Shown: positions 1-10,200 of the stretch, piece by piece
How the letters are laid out: each line of letters begins with the position of its first letter
Position numbering within the stretch: position 1 is the stretch's first letter
NCBI GenBank assembly: GCA_964615205.1
Contig: CAZTQA010000001.1
Span: 510-64,509, forward strand
Reading direction: 5' to 3'
Source of the DNA: an uncultured Candidatus Saccharibacteria bacterium
GTDB lineage: Bacteria > Patescibacteriota > Minisyncoccia > Minisyncoccales > JAGMDC01
Length of the DNA stretch: 64,000 nt
The notes under the pieces: generated by a model
What the model was told of the DNA's origin: nothing
What the model saw: only the letters and a program-made list of their open reading frames with translations
Database searches by the model: none
Made by a program: the position numbers and the translations under genes

Positions 1-1
1 G

Positions 2-895
2 GAGGAGATTTCTATTCCTTTGGAAACCCAGGATGACTATGGCAGAATTGCTGCTCAAACAGCCAAACAGGTTGTGCTTCAGAAGATCAGAGAAGCAGAA
101 AGAGAATCTATTTTAGAAGAATTTGAATCCAAAAAAGGAGGAATAATTTCCGGATTGGTTCAGAGGGTTGAGCCCAGAGTTATTTTTTTTGACATTGGTA
201 AGACAATAGGTGTTTTACCAAGAGAAGAACAGATTCCCGGAGAATTCTATAGACCTAACCAGAGATTTAGACTTTATGTTCTGGATGTAGAAATAACTCC
301 TAAAGGGCCACAAATTATTTTATCCCGGGCTTATCCCAAAATGATTTCAAAATTATTTGAGCTGGAAGTGCCGGAGATTTCTGCTGGCCAGGTTGTTATC
401 AATTCTATTGCCAGAGAAGCTGGCTCCCGTTCCAAAATCGCGGTCAGCTCTGACGTGGAAGGTATGGATCCTATTGGAGCCATGGTGGGACAGAGGGGAA
501 CGAGAGTAGCAGCTGTTATTAATGAATTAGGAGGAGAGAAGATTGATATTATAGAATATTCTGAAAATCCAGAGGAATACATTGCCAATTCTTTATCTCC
601 GGCGAAAATAGTGGAAGTAAAGATTATGCCTAAAAACAAGGCCCTGGCTTTATTACCCGAAGATCAGCTTTCCTTAGCTATTGGAAAAGATGGCCAGAAT
701 GTTCGCCTGGCAGCCAAGCTAACCGGCTGGAAAATAGATGTAAGGAGTTCTGAAGGAAAGGAAGAGCCAAAACAAGAAAAATCTGAAAAACCTAAGGCGG
801 AAAAGTCCCAAAAAGAAGAACCCAAAAAAGAAAATAAAAAAGAGGAAGAACCCAAAAAAGAAAAACCCAAAAAAGAAGAGAAGAAAAAACTATAA
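2..895 (+). CDS. nusA: Transcription termination/antitermination factor NusA, 5'-truncated by the window edge, with Lys/Glu-rich C-terminal tail
   Basis: The frame is open from nt 2 ([25 protein letters not shown]), so the TTG at 20 in the ORF track is probably not the true start. Has an S1-like segment ([21 protein letters not shown]) and two KH-like segments ([14 protein letters not shown]; [23 protein letters not shown]). Confidence 0.9.
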   Translation, partial: EEISIPLETQDDYGRIAAQTAKQVVLQKIREAERESILEEFESKKGGIISGLVQRVEPRVIFFDIGKTIGVLPREEQIPGEFYRPNQRFRLYVLDVEITPKGPQIILSRAYPKMISKLFELEVPEISAGQVVINSIAREAGSRSKIAVSSDVEGMDPIGAMVGQRGTRVAAVINELGGEKIDIIEYSENPEEYIANSLSPAKIVEVKIMPKNKALALLPEDQLSLAIGKDGQNVRLAAKLTGWKIDVRSSEGKEEPKQEKSEKPKAEKSQKEEPKKENKKEEEPKKEKPKKEEKKKL

Positions 896-911
896 ACTAA
901 CAGCTAATAAT

Positions 912-1499
912 ATGAACCTTATACCAACAGTTATTGAAAAAACTAAATATGGAGAGCGGGCATTTGATATTTACTCCCGCTTGTTAAAAGAAAGGATCGT
1001 CTTTTTGGCCGGGCCTATTAACGACATTATGGCTAATTCTGTTATTGCTCAGATGCTTTTTTTGGCATCCAAAGATCCTAAAAAAGACATTCAGCTTTAT
1101 ATCAATACCCCTGGCGGAGTAGTCACTTCTGGTTTGGCGATCTATGATACTATGCAGTATGTTAAGTCGCCTATCTCCACTGTCTGTATTGGCATGGCGG
1201 CTTCTATGGGTGCTACTTTACTGGCAGCTGGTGAAAAAGGAAAAAGATTTACTTTGCCCAATTCAGAAATTCTGCTTCATCAGGTGGCTGGTGGTAATAT
1301 TGGAGGAGCAGCTGTAGAAATTGAAATTACAGCCAAACAGATTGTAAAAATAAAAGAAAAGCTTAACAGAATTTTAGCTAAGCATACAGGTCAGCCTTTG
1401 AGCAAGGTTGAAAAAGATACAGACAGAGATTTTTATTTAACTGCTCAAGAGGCTAAAGAGTATGGAATTATTGATCAAGTAATTAATACCAAAAAATAA
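912..1499 (+). CDS. clpP: ATP-dependent Clp protease proteolytic subunit
   Basis: 195 aa. [25 protein letters not shown] (catalytic Ser context), LLHQ (His) and the YGIIDQV C-terminus are typical of ClpP. Confidence 0.95.
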   Translation: MNLIPTVIEKTKYGERAFDIYSRLLKERIVFLAGPINDIMANSVIAQMLFLASKDPKKDIQLYINTPGGVVTSGLAIYDTMQYVKSPISTVCIGMAASMGATLLAAGEKGKRFTLPNSEILLHQVAGGNIGGAAVEIEITAKQIVKIKEKLNRILAKHTGQPLSKVEKDTDRDFYLTAQEAKEYGIIDQVINTKK

Positions 1500-1910
1500 C
1501 TATCTTACAGCTTCCAACTTTCTCTGGGTATTTTGACAGGTACCCATAGAATAGTAGCAGAAAAAATAAGCCGCACAGTCGTCGTCAATAAACTCTATCC
1601 CTAGAGGGCAGACTGGTTCATCTGGATATTCTGGGTCTCTTGGATAATCAGGGCTACAAAAAACATTCGTTTCGTAACTAGCTCCATCTAAAGAACCTGA
1701 ATAATTCTGGTCGGGGTTGCCTTCTTCGCCATAAAGAGCTCTCTCCATGCCTGTGTCAGCAGCAAATAAAGCTCTCATAGAGTTTTCCATTTGTTCAATG
1801 GTTTTGATTTGCCCTACTAAAATAGTGCTCAATCCTAAAACAACTGCCATACCAATGGTAAGAATTATTAAAGCTAAATAAAGAATAACTCCTTTTTCTT
1901 TTTTAAACAT
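1500..1910 (-). CDS. PilX-like minor pilin-associated protein (hypothetical)
   Basis: ORF track gives 1500..1937. A likelier start is the internal MFKKEKGVILYLALIILTIGMAVVLGL, a single N-terminal hydrophobic helix of the PilX_N type. Last gene of the pilin-like operon; Cys-rich C-terminus. Confidence 0.45.
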   Translation of the reverse strand: MFKKEKGVILYLALIILTIGMAVVLGLSTILVGQIKTIEQMENSMRALFAADTGMERALYGEEGNPDQNYSGSLDGASYETNVFCSPDYPRDPEYPDEPVCPLGIEFIDDDCAAYFFCYYSMGTCQNTQRKLEAVR

Positions 1911-1914
1911 AATT

Positions 1915-2496
1915 TCAATATAATTGATATGTATCAATATTTCTCTGGGAAATGGTTGTTTCTAAAGTAATTTTTGGTCCTTCTGGACTGGTTTGAACAA
2001 TTAAAAGCATAGTTACTCTAGATTGATAATTGTCATCCTGATTATGTCCTTGAAGCTTGAATTTGAAATTAGTAATCTCAAGTTTAGACGAAGTTAGGTT
2101 TACGGTTTCTTCATTAGTTGTACCAATGCCTTTTCTATATTTGAGCTGGTTGTTTTCCAAAAAGAATTCTTGGCAATCATCTTCCTCTAAATGGTTAATA
2201 AATTTTATTCCGGTTCCTAAACCTTCATCTCCTCCGATGCGAAAAGCAGACGGGATTTCATAATTTAATCCCAAAGAAGAAAGACATCCCTGGCCTGATT
2301 CTTTTTCTGCCATTCTCAAAGAACGGCTCATTAATTCCATAGAATAACCGCTTTGGTTAAGAAGTTCATAAGAAGATAGAATTCTTTTTTGGGATGTATG
2401 GGTAGTAATAAAAATACTTAATACAGCTCCTATAATAGAAACAGAGACACAAATAGATACCAATATCTCTACTAAAGTGAAACCTGGATTTTTCAT
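1915..2496 (-). CDS. Type IV pilus minor pilin, PilW-like (prepilin-type N-terminal cleavage/methylation domain)
   Basis: ORF track gives 1915..2550. The internal start MKNPG/FTLVEILVSI is the canonical prepilin peptidase motif G|FTLxE followed by a hydrophobic helix. Confidence 0.6.
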   Translation of the reverse strand: MKNPGFTLVEILVSICVSVSIIGAVLSIFITTHTSQKRILSSYELLNQSGYSMELMSRSLRMAEKESGQGCLSSLGLNYEIPSAFRIGGDEGLGTGIKFINHLEEDDCQEFFLENNQLKYRKGIGTTNEETVNLTSSKLEITNFKFKLQGHNQDDNYQSRVTMLLIVQTSPEGPKITLETTISQRNIDTYQLY

Positions 2497-2500
2497 AGAT

Positions 2501-3031
2501 TTATTGCCAATTATATAAATATTCATTAACCGTAGTAGTTTTGATAACATCTTCTCCTGGCCAATAAACTTCTACTTTGACTTCAAGGCTGTCGCCGTTG
2601 GGATCAGGATTTAATGGGTCTATTTCATTAATAATTATTTTTCTCTGGAAGACACTTTCAGGATAATCAGGGGAACTGGAGTAGAAATAAAAACCCTGGT
2701 TATCTGTTTTTAAATATCTGCCAGTGTAAGAGCTTAATTCTAAATCTTGGTATGTATATGTATAATCAGCCTCATATTCTCCAGTAACAGAAAAACCTCG
2801 ATTCCAAGGAATCTCTGGAGAGCCTCTTTGCTCTTCAATAAAATTACTGTCTCTTATGTTGCGTACTATTTCAACTCCTTCCTGCGCTAAAGCCAGGGCA
2901 GAAAGTTTTTTAGAATAATTAGAAGTTATGCGTAGAGTTTTATCTATGGCCGCCAAAGTTGCCAAAAGACCAATTGTGATAATAAAAATGGTGACTAATA
3001 TTTCTAATAAAGTAAAAGCCTTGTTATCCAT
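2501..3031 (-). CDS. Type IV pilus minor pilin, PilV-like
   Basis: MDNKA/FTLLEILVTIFIITIGLL is a prepilin-type N-terminus. Sits in the pilin operon. Confidence 0.6.
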   Translation of the reverse strand: MDNKAFTLLEILVTIFIITIGLLATLAAIDKTLRITSNYSKKLSALALAQEGVEIVRNIRDSNFIEEQRGSPEIPWNRGFSVTGEYEADYTYTYQDLELSSYTGRYLKTDNQGFYFYSSSPDYPESVFQRKIIINEIDPLNPDPNGDSLEVKVEVYWPGEDVIKTTTVNEYLYNWQ

Positions 3032-3059
3032 AAGAATACTTATGTTTTTATTGTTTTTG

Positions 3060-3569
3060 TCATTCTATTTCTACTAAGCCAGCTTTATTAATTCTTACAG
3101 TTTTAGTACCTATGTCTTCAATACCCAAAGTTATTTCTGCTTTATCTGCATCGTTAGTTATATAAATATTAGGATTGGGAGCCCTAAAAATGACAACTAT
3201 GTTTGCTTTGGGAGAAAGTTGAACTATTTTGACATTTGGTTCCAAAATTATATCTCTAATATGTTCAGTTCCTGCCTGATAATGACCACTATTATCAATA
3301 TCTGAAAAAATACTTATTATTCCTTCATTTTTATTACAATATATTCCATATCCTCCTTGAGGATAAAACTCTTCCCCCGGATCGCCTATTGTTTCTCCTG
3401 ATATGGCCATTTGTTCCACTCTCCTTATTTCCTGGGCTAAGTTATTAGCTGATCTTTCTAAAGCATAATTTTTTCCCATTGTTTTATAATTAGTCAAAGT
3501 TATGGCGGTAAGAATGGCAATAATAGCGATAACCACTAAAAGTTCTACTAATGTGAACCCTGTTTTCAT
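3060..3569 (-). CDS. Type IV pilin/pseudopilin, FimT/GspH-like
   Basis: MKTG/FTLVELLVVIAIIAILTAI is a canonical class III signal peptide. First gene of the minus-strand pilin operon. Confidence 0.65.
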   Translation of the reverse strand: MKTGFTLVELLVVIAIIAILTAITLTNYKTMGKNYALERSANNLAQEIRRVEQMAISGETIGDPGEEFYPQGGYGIYCNKNEGIISIFSDIDNSGHYQAGTEHIRDIILEPNVKIVQLSPKANIVVIFRAPNPNIYITNDADKAEITLGIEDIGTKTVRINKAGLVEIE

Positions 3570-3581
3570 TCTTGTATTATA

Positions 3582-3655
3582 GCTTATTTTTTATTTTTTT
3601 GCTAAAATATAAAAAGGGTATTGACTGGCTTATTTTTTATTTTTTTGCTAAAATA
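3582..3655. repeat. Perfect 28-nt direct repeat x2 in the divergent promoter region, each copy carrying an extended -10-like TGCTAAAAT
   Basis: GCTTATTTTTTATTTTTTTGCTAAAATA occurs at about 3582-3609 and 3628-3655 (46-nt period). TGCTAAAAT lies at about 3600-3608 and 3646-3654. The second copy ends 8 nt before the ATG at 3663. Confidence 0.7.
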
Positions 3656-3662
3656 AAAGAAT

Positions 3663-4277
3663 ATGGAGCTAAAAACTTTAAAGATAAAAAAAGGTAAAAT
3701 TGATTTCAAAAATAAATACTTAAAATTATCAATAATTATTGTTGTTTTATGTTCTTTAGTTTTGATCTGGGTTTTGAACAGTCAAGATTTTTTTATTCCA
3801 GAACAGCCTGAAAGCAAGAAATTTTTTGAAAATTGCCAGGCATTATCCTCTTCTTGTCTAAACAATGAATGTCCTTATTATTTTCTCTGCGATGTAATTG
3901 CTTTCACTGATTGTAAGGTTTATGATTGCGATGCTTATTATGGGGTTGTAATCAAAGACAATAATGGCGAAACAATTACTAGAGAACAGTCAAAACCGGA
4001 CGAGAAAAAAATTAAGGAAAAGCTCAATAAGTGCAGGGGAACCGTTGAGGTTTTGGAGAAAGAATTTAAAGATGGAAAATTGAATGTCAATGTTAAAGTG
4101 AACACTGTCGGCGATTGCAAAATAGTATCTTTTATAGCTCAAAGCCAAAATGGACTCAAAACCGCCTTTTTTGAAGAGAAGGATGATTATTATAATTTAA
4201 TTTTTAATTCTCCCCCTTCTGAACCATTTAAAACCATAGCTGTAGGTGAAGGAGGAATAAGCATAAGAGAGAAATGA
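3663..4277 (+). CDS. Membrane-anchored Cys-rich hypothetical protein
   Basis: N-terminal hydrophobic helix (LSIIIVVLCSLVLIWVL). Its stop overlaps the start of the giant gene (ATGA at 4274), so the two are probably co-translated. Confidence 0.5.
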   Translation: MELKTLKIKKGKIDFKNKYLKLSIIIVVLCSLVLIWVLNSQDFFIPEQPESKKFFENCQALSSSCLNNECPYYFLCDVIAFTDCKVYDCDAYYGVVIKDNNGETITREQSKPDEKKIKEKLNKCRGTVEVLEKEFKDGKLNVNVKVNTVGDCKIVSFIAQSQNGLKTAFFEEKDDYYNLIFNSPPSEPFKTIAVGEGGISIREK

Positions 4278-7200
4278 AGTTATCCTTATTTATATTCTTC
4301 TTTGTTTTGATAGGTCTGATTATGCCTCTGCAAGCCTTTGGCGTTGATCCGCCAAAGGTGACTTTAATTTCTCCCAATGATAATTGTGAGATTGAAGAAA
4401 ATGTTTTGGATTTAACATTTAAACAAACTAATTCTGGAGGAGTAGCTTGTTCCTGCAGTTTATATTTGGACGATGTAGTTGTTCAAACCAATTCATCTGT
4501 TCCTCATAACACGCCAACAACATTTTCAGTTTCAGAAATCAAGCCCGGTCAGCATTGGTGGACTGTAAAGTGTACTGACGCTTCCGGCAACACAGGCAGT
4601 CCTTATTATGTAGCTGCTTCATCTAGAGATGGTGGGATTTATCAGAGCAGTACTGGGAATGCGGGAGAGTGGAGCAAACTTGATTTAAGTCCTTATACCT
4701 ACAATAGTACTACAGGATATATAGAACCACAGATTTATTTTATGGATGCGGATCAAAGAGGCCAACTTTTTGCCCATTTGGATTATGAGAACGAATATTA
4801 TCAAGGAGAACCCCAATATTACGGAGGATATTATGGAGATGTAGATCATAGGTCACTTTTTAGAAGACCGGACGAAGGATCGGCTTGGCAGATTTTAGAT
4901 TTGAAAAAAGATGAATATAGCAACTGGAATATTGTATCAATGGCTGAAGACCCAGCCAGTGAAGATGTTTACATTTCTGTTAGCGGTGAAGGAATTTATA
5001 AAAGTGAAGATGGAGGGATTAATTTTGAACTGCTTCCCAACAGTCCTAGCTCTTCCATACTTTATTTAACAGTTGACCCAACCACAAGCGATATTTATGC
5101 TGGAAAGTTTAATTATAGTGGAAGCAGTATTTATAAAAGTGAAGATAGAGGAGATTCTTGGAATCTTTTAGAAGGAAGTCCTACCGTCTATAGCTATACT
5201 TATACTACTGGCAATGGAATGGATGTTGCTCCTAACGGTGATGTTTATTCAACCAATAATCGCGGGGGCGTATGCAAAAGCATAGACAAAGGAGCAACTT
5301 GGAGTTGTAAAAATTATCTTATTGGTGGTACTGATCCCTCTCGAACTGTTAAAGCAATTTCCAATGATATTATTTTTGTCGGAGGAGAACTAGACGGCTA
5401 TAAAATTCAAAGAAGCACAGACGCCGGAGAGAACTGGGAGACAGTTTTTGACTTATCATCTTTAGGCACTAGAAGATATGTAAATGCTATTGAAATGGCT
5501 CCTAATGGCGATATTTATATTGCCATAGATTATTATTCGGTTTCAGGTTACAAAACTGCTATTTATAGAAGTACTGGTAATGGTGATTTAGGCACCTGGA
5601 CCAAGGTTTTGGATTTAGCAAGCGGGTACGTTTTTAGCCAAGTAAGAGTGGTTGATAATGTTAAGAGATCATTTACAGTCTCTTCTTGGTCTCATATTGG
5701 GAGAACAGAAACCCACTCCGGTTTTACTCCAGCCATTGGTAATATTACGGCTGAAAAATGGTCTGCTTCGGTAGGAGGGGGTTTTAATTTTTATAATTCT
5801 CCGCTTACAGCAGATGTTAATGACGATGGAAAGGATGAGATTGTTTTAGTTAGAGATAGGACATTTGTTTTTGACGGAGAAGGAAACAAGCTTTTTGAGG
5901 GGGGGTGTTGTTTTCCCTCATGGCATTGTGCTTCTGAAACTTGTTTATCAGATAATTTAAGACCGTCTCATCCCGATATTGCTGATATTGATAATGATGG
6001 ATTGAAAGAATTAGTTACTAAGGGAGGGGGTGTTGCACTTTTGTTCTCTCGCGAGTTAGATTTGACAGGAAATTTGAGATGGTATTACGATAATCCTTCC
6101 TATTTGCCTGTAGTTAGTGGATCTTTTACTCCAGTTATTTTTGATCTTGGTATAGTTGGTGCAAAAAAGGAGATAATTTTTGCCACAAACGGAGGCCTGA
6201 TTGTTTTTGAAGAAGAGAACGGCTTGCCCTATCTTGGCAGAAACGATGGTCTGATGGGGGTTTGGCAGGATGGTATTGGCTTTAAAACAGATCCATATGG
6301 TTCAGTTCCTGCTGTGGGTGACATAAACAATGACGGCCAAATGGAAATAGTTGTTCAGGGCAGTCCAGACATTTATGCTTTTGATAGATGGGGAAATAAT
6401 CTTTGGCAAACATCTACTGGCTATGACAGAACAGGCTATACTATTTTAGCTGATGTTGTTTCTGGAAATTCAGGATTAGAGGTTATTACACAGTACACAG
6501 ATCATGTCCTCTGCCTTGACGGAGATAATGGCAGTATTTTATGGGATGTAAATATAGGAGCAGGTAGTCCTAACTTAACAGCTTTTCCTTCTCCAGCTGT
6601 GGCTGATATAGATAATGATGGAATAATAGAAGTGATTGCTCCAAAGGACGCCGGTGGATTCTATGTTTTAAACGGAGAAACTGGAGCTATAGAACAAACC
6701 ATAGAAAGCGGATTAATATATGGATCAATTGTTATTGCTGATATTAATGCGGATGGGAGTCTTGATATCATTGCGCCTACTTACGAAGATCTCTATGTTT
6801 TTGATAAAGACGGTAATAAATTGTGGAGCGGCCTTTCCCTCACTGGCAGCGCTATTCCTTCCCTTAATTCCCCGGCCATATCTGATGTAGATGGTGATGG
6901 CTGGGCAGAAGTTATTTTAATTGATACAAGCGGTGTTCTTCATGTTTTGGGCAAAGACAATGATCCGCCTATAGTAACTATTGAAGCCAAAGACAAAAAT
7001 AATGTTTTAATACCAGATGGAGGAATAGTTAAAAGCGAAGATACCGACTTAATAACTATTTCTTCTATTGCTTCTGATTTCTCTGGCATTCAAAACCACA
7101 AAATTAAGTATTGGGTAAACGGTATTCTTCAAGAACCAATAGATGAATGGTCTGAAGGAGGAACCCATTTTATTACTATTGGTCCACTTTTGATAGGAAC

Positions 7201-10200
7201 CAAAATTGAATATCAAGCTACAGCAACTGATTATAGTCTTAATTACAGCGAAACTACTAAAAAATCGTTTTTGGTTGAAGTAGATACTCATCCGCCAAAG
7301 GTGTTTTTGCTTTCTCCAGATGACAATATTGAAACTGAAGAACAAAGCATGCAGGTTTCTTTTAAGCAGATTGACGATGTTTCTTCTTCCTGTTCCTGCA
7401 GCTTATATTTAGACGATGAAGTTATCCAGACCAATTCATCGGTTCCCAATGATACTGTTACTTATTTTACTCTTAGTAATATGAAGCCAGGAACCAATTA
7501 TTGGACAGTTAAATGTACGGATGAAGCTGGAAATACGGGCAGTCCTTATTATATAAGCCTTGTAGCTAGCCATAATAATCTTTATCAAAGCGATGATGAT
7601 GGACAAACCTGGACAGGGTTGGATGTTTTGAAATATTTCAATTCTCCTATTACGGGAGAAGATTCCATAGGAGGTGTTTCTTTTCTAGATTCCACTTCAG
7701 ATGGAAAAATGTTTATGAGTTTAGGGTATGATAATCATTATGACTGTGACGGAACATATAAAAGCGTATGGCAGGTGCATCAAGCTACTTTTAGAAAAAA
7801 TAGTGACTCATCCATTTTAAAAATGATTAAGGGTGATTGTATAAATGGAAGTTCTAATTTGATCAGTTCTTTAGCTGAAGCTTCTAACGGAGATTTATAT
7901 GCGGTCAATGGTGGTATTTATAAAAGTACAGACAAGGGAGGTATTTGGGATCAAATATCTGGTCCATCTGGCTGTAAATCTGTAGCTGTGAGTGATAATG
8001 GATATATTTTTGCTACCGGCAGCAATGGCGTTTACAGAAGCATAGATAATGGTGAATCCTTTGAACTGCTTTCCGGAAGTCCTAAAATAACTATTACGCC
8101 CACAGCGCATCTTATTATTTCGGTTAATAATGATATTTACGTTGCCAGTGGGAAATATGTTTATAAAAGTATTAACAATGGAGATAACTGGACAATTGTT
8201 TTTACTTCTCCTTATGCAAGCCCTGGCAAAGAAGTTGCCTCTTTATTTGCTTTTAATCAAAACACTATTTTTGCTGGCATTAAACAAGACGATGAACTTT
8301 TAGGGGCAATTTATGTAAGCTATAATGCTGGAGTTGACTGGCAGATATCTTTACAACAACAGCAGATTTATAATGAAACAGATTCTATGGAAGGATGGAC
8401 GCAGTCTATTGATAAATCTCCACAAGGAGATATTTATGCAGCTATCTACGGTTATTGTTATTCTACTGAGCCAAAAGCATTAGTATATAGGAGTATGGAT
8501 TTGGGAGCAACTTGGCAATTATCTTTTTCAAGCCCAAAAAATACCAGTAATAATCCAAGCTTTTCAAGTGTAGTGGAGAATATTCGCCGTTCCATTATTA
8601 TTCCTAGTTGGCCTGAGGTCGGAAGAGAAAAAGATCATAATGCTTACACTTTTCTGGAAGGAGGAATAAGTTTTGTTGAAAAATACTGGAATCAATCCAT
8701 TAGTTCCCCTGTTGATTTAGATTGGGCTGGATTGGTAACGGCTGATATAGATGGCAATGGAAAAGATGAAATTTTTTCAATCAATGAAACAGCTCAAGCC
8801 TTTGATGGACAAGGAAACTTATTATGGAGCAGAACCTGCGGAGTAGGCTGGTCTTCTCCTCGTCCATGTTTTGAGCCAAGCGGATATGGGCAAATTTCAG
8901 CAGTGGGGGATGTTGATAATGACGGTGTTATGGAAATAGTTTTTAATGGCTATGACAATGAGATAATTTGCCGTAATGCAGCCACTGGTACTTTAAAATG
9001 GTTTACCTCTAGTCTCGATATCTATGAAGATGATGTAATAACACCGGTTATTGCTGATATTAATAACGATGGCTTAAATGAAATTATAATTCACGGAAAA
9101 AATCTTTATGTATTAGAAGGTTCCACAGGCGAAGTTTTATGGTCTAAAAGTATTTTGAACCGAGGCACAGTTCCTGCATTGGCTGATTTAAATCAGGACG
9201 GACAAATGGACATTGTGGTTGAAAATGCTAGTGATAATTATTTATATGCTTTTGATGGTCAGGAAAATCCATTATGGCAAGTTCAAGTTCAACCAAATTA
9301 CAATGATGTAACCGGCTATATTTCAATAGCTGATGTAGATAATGACAATAAGCCGGAAGTCATTGAAACTTGTTGGGGGGAAATTTTTGTCTTTAATGGA
9401 GAAGACGGTAGCAAACTATGGAGCAAACCATATGCTGAATTTCCTGGACAGCAAGCAGTTAACGATTATGGTTCCCCAGCTATAGGAGATGTAAGAACTG
9501 ATATTGCGGGAATGGAAATAGCCTTGGGATTAGCTGATCCTGGTGGTCATCCAGCCCAGGGATTATTCCTGTTAAATGGGAAGACAGGAGAGATTATTTG
9601 GAGTGATGCCTCTATTGGCAGTGTCTATGGCTCGCCAGCCATAGCTGATATTAACAGTGATGGAGAATTGGAAATTATTATTCAGACAGATATGGTTTAT
9701 TGTTTTAATTCCAGCGGAGAAATTATTTGGAGTTATCCGGCTGGCGGAAGGTCAAATGTAGCCATAGCAGATGTAATGGATACAGAAGGAGCTGAAGTGA
9801 TTGTTTTTTCTGGAGGAGAAATTTATGTTTTAGGAGAGGACAATGTCCCGCCCCAGCTTGTTATTGAAAGAGTGCCTGCGGGCGATGTTTACAATGATGA
9901 TACAGTAATTTTTACTTCTATAGCTTTAGATACATCAGGTATTTATTATCATGCTGTTCAATATCGTATAAACGAAGGAGAATGGGCAACTATTTTCGAA
10001 TGTTATGATTCAAACGGCGATAACAAATGCGACAGTGATTTCAGAGATGTTAATCCTTTAGTAGTATCAGTTGATCCCTATACTTATGCGGTTGATGATT
10101 ATATTGAATATCGTTCTACGGCTGTAGATAATAGTTTTCCTCCTAATACTGGCTATAGTGATATAGGTTCTTTTACTGTGCTTTTAGGTAATGCTCCGCC

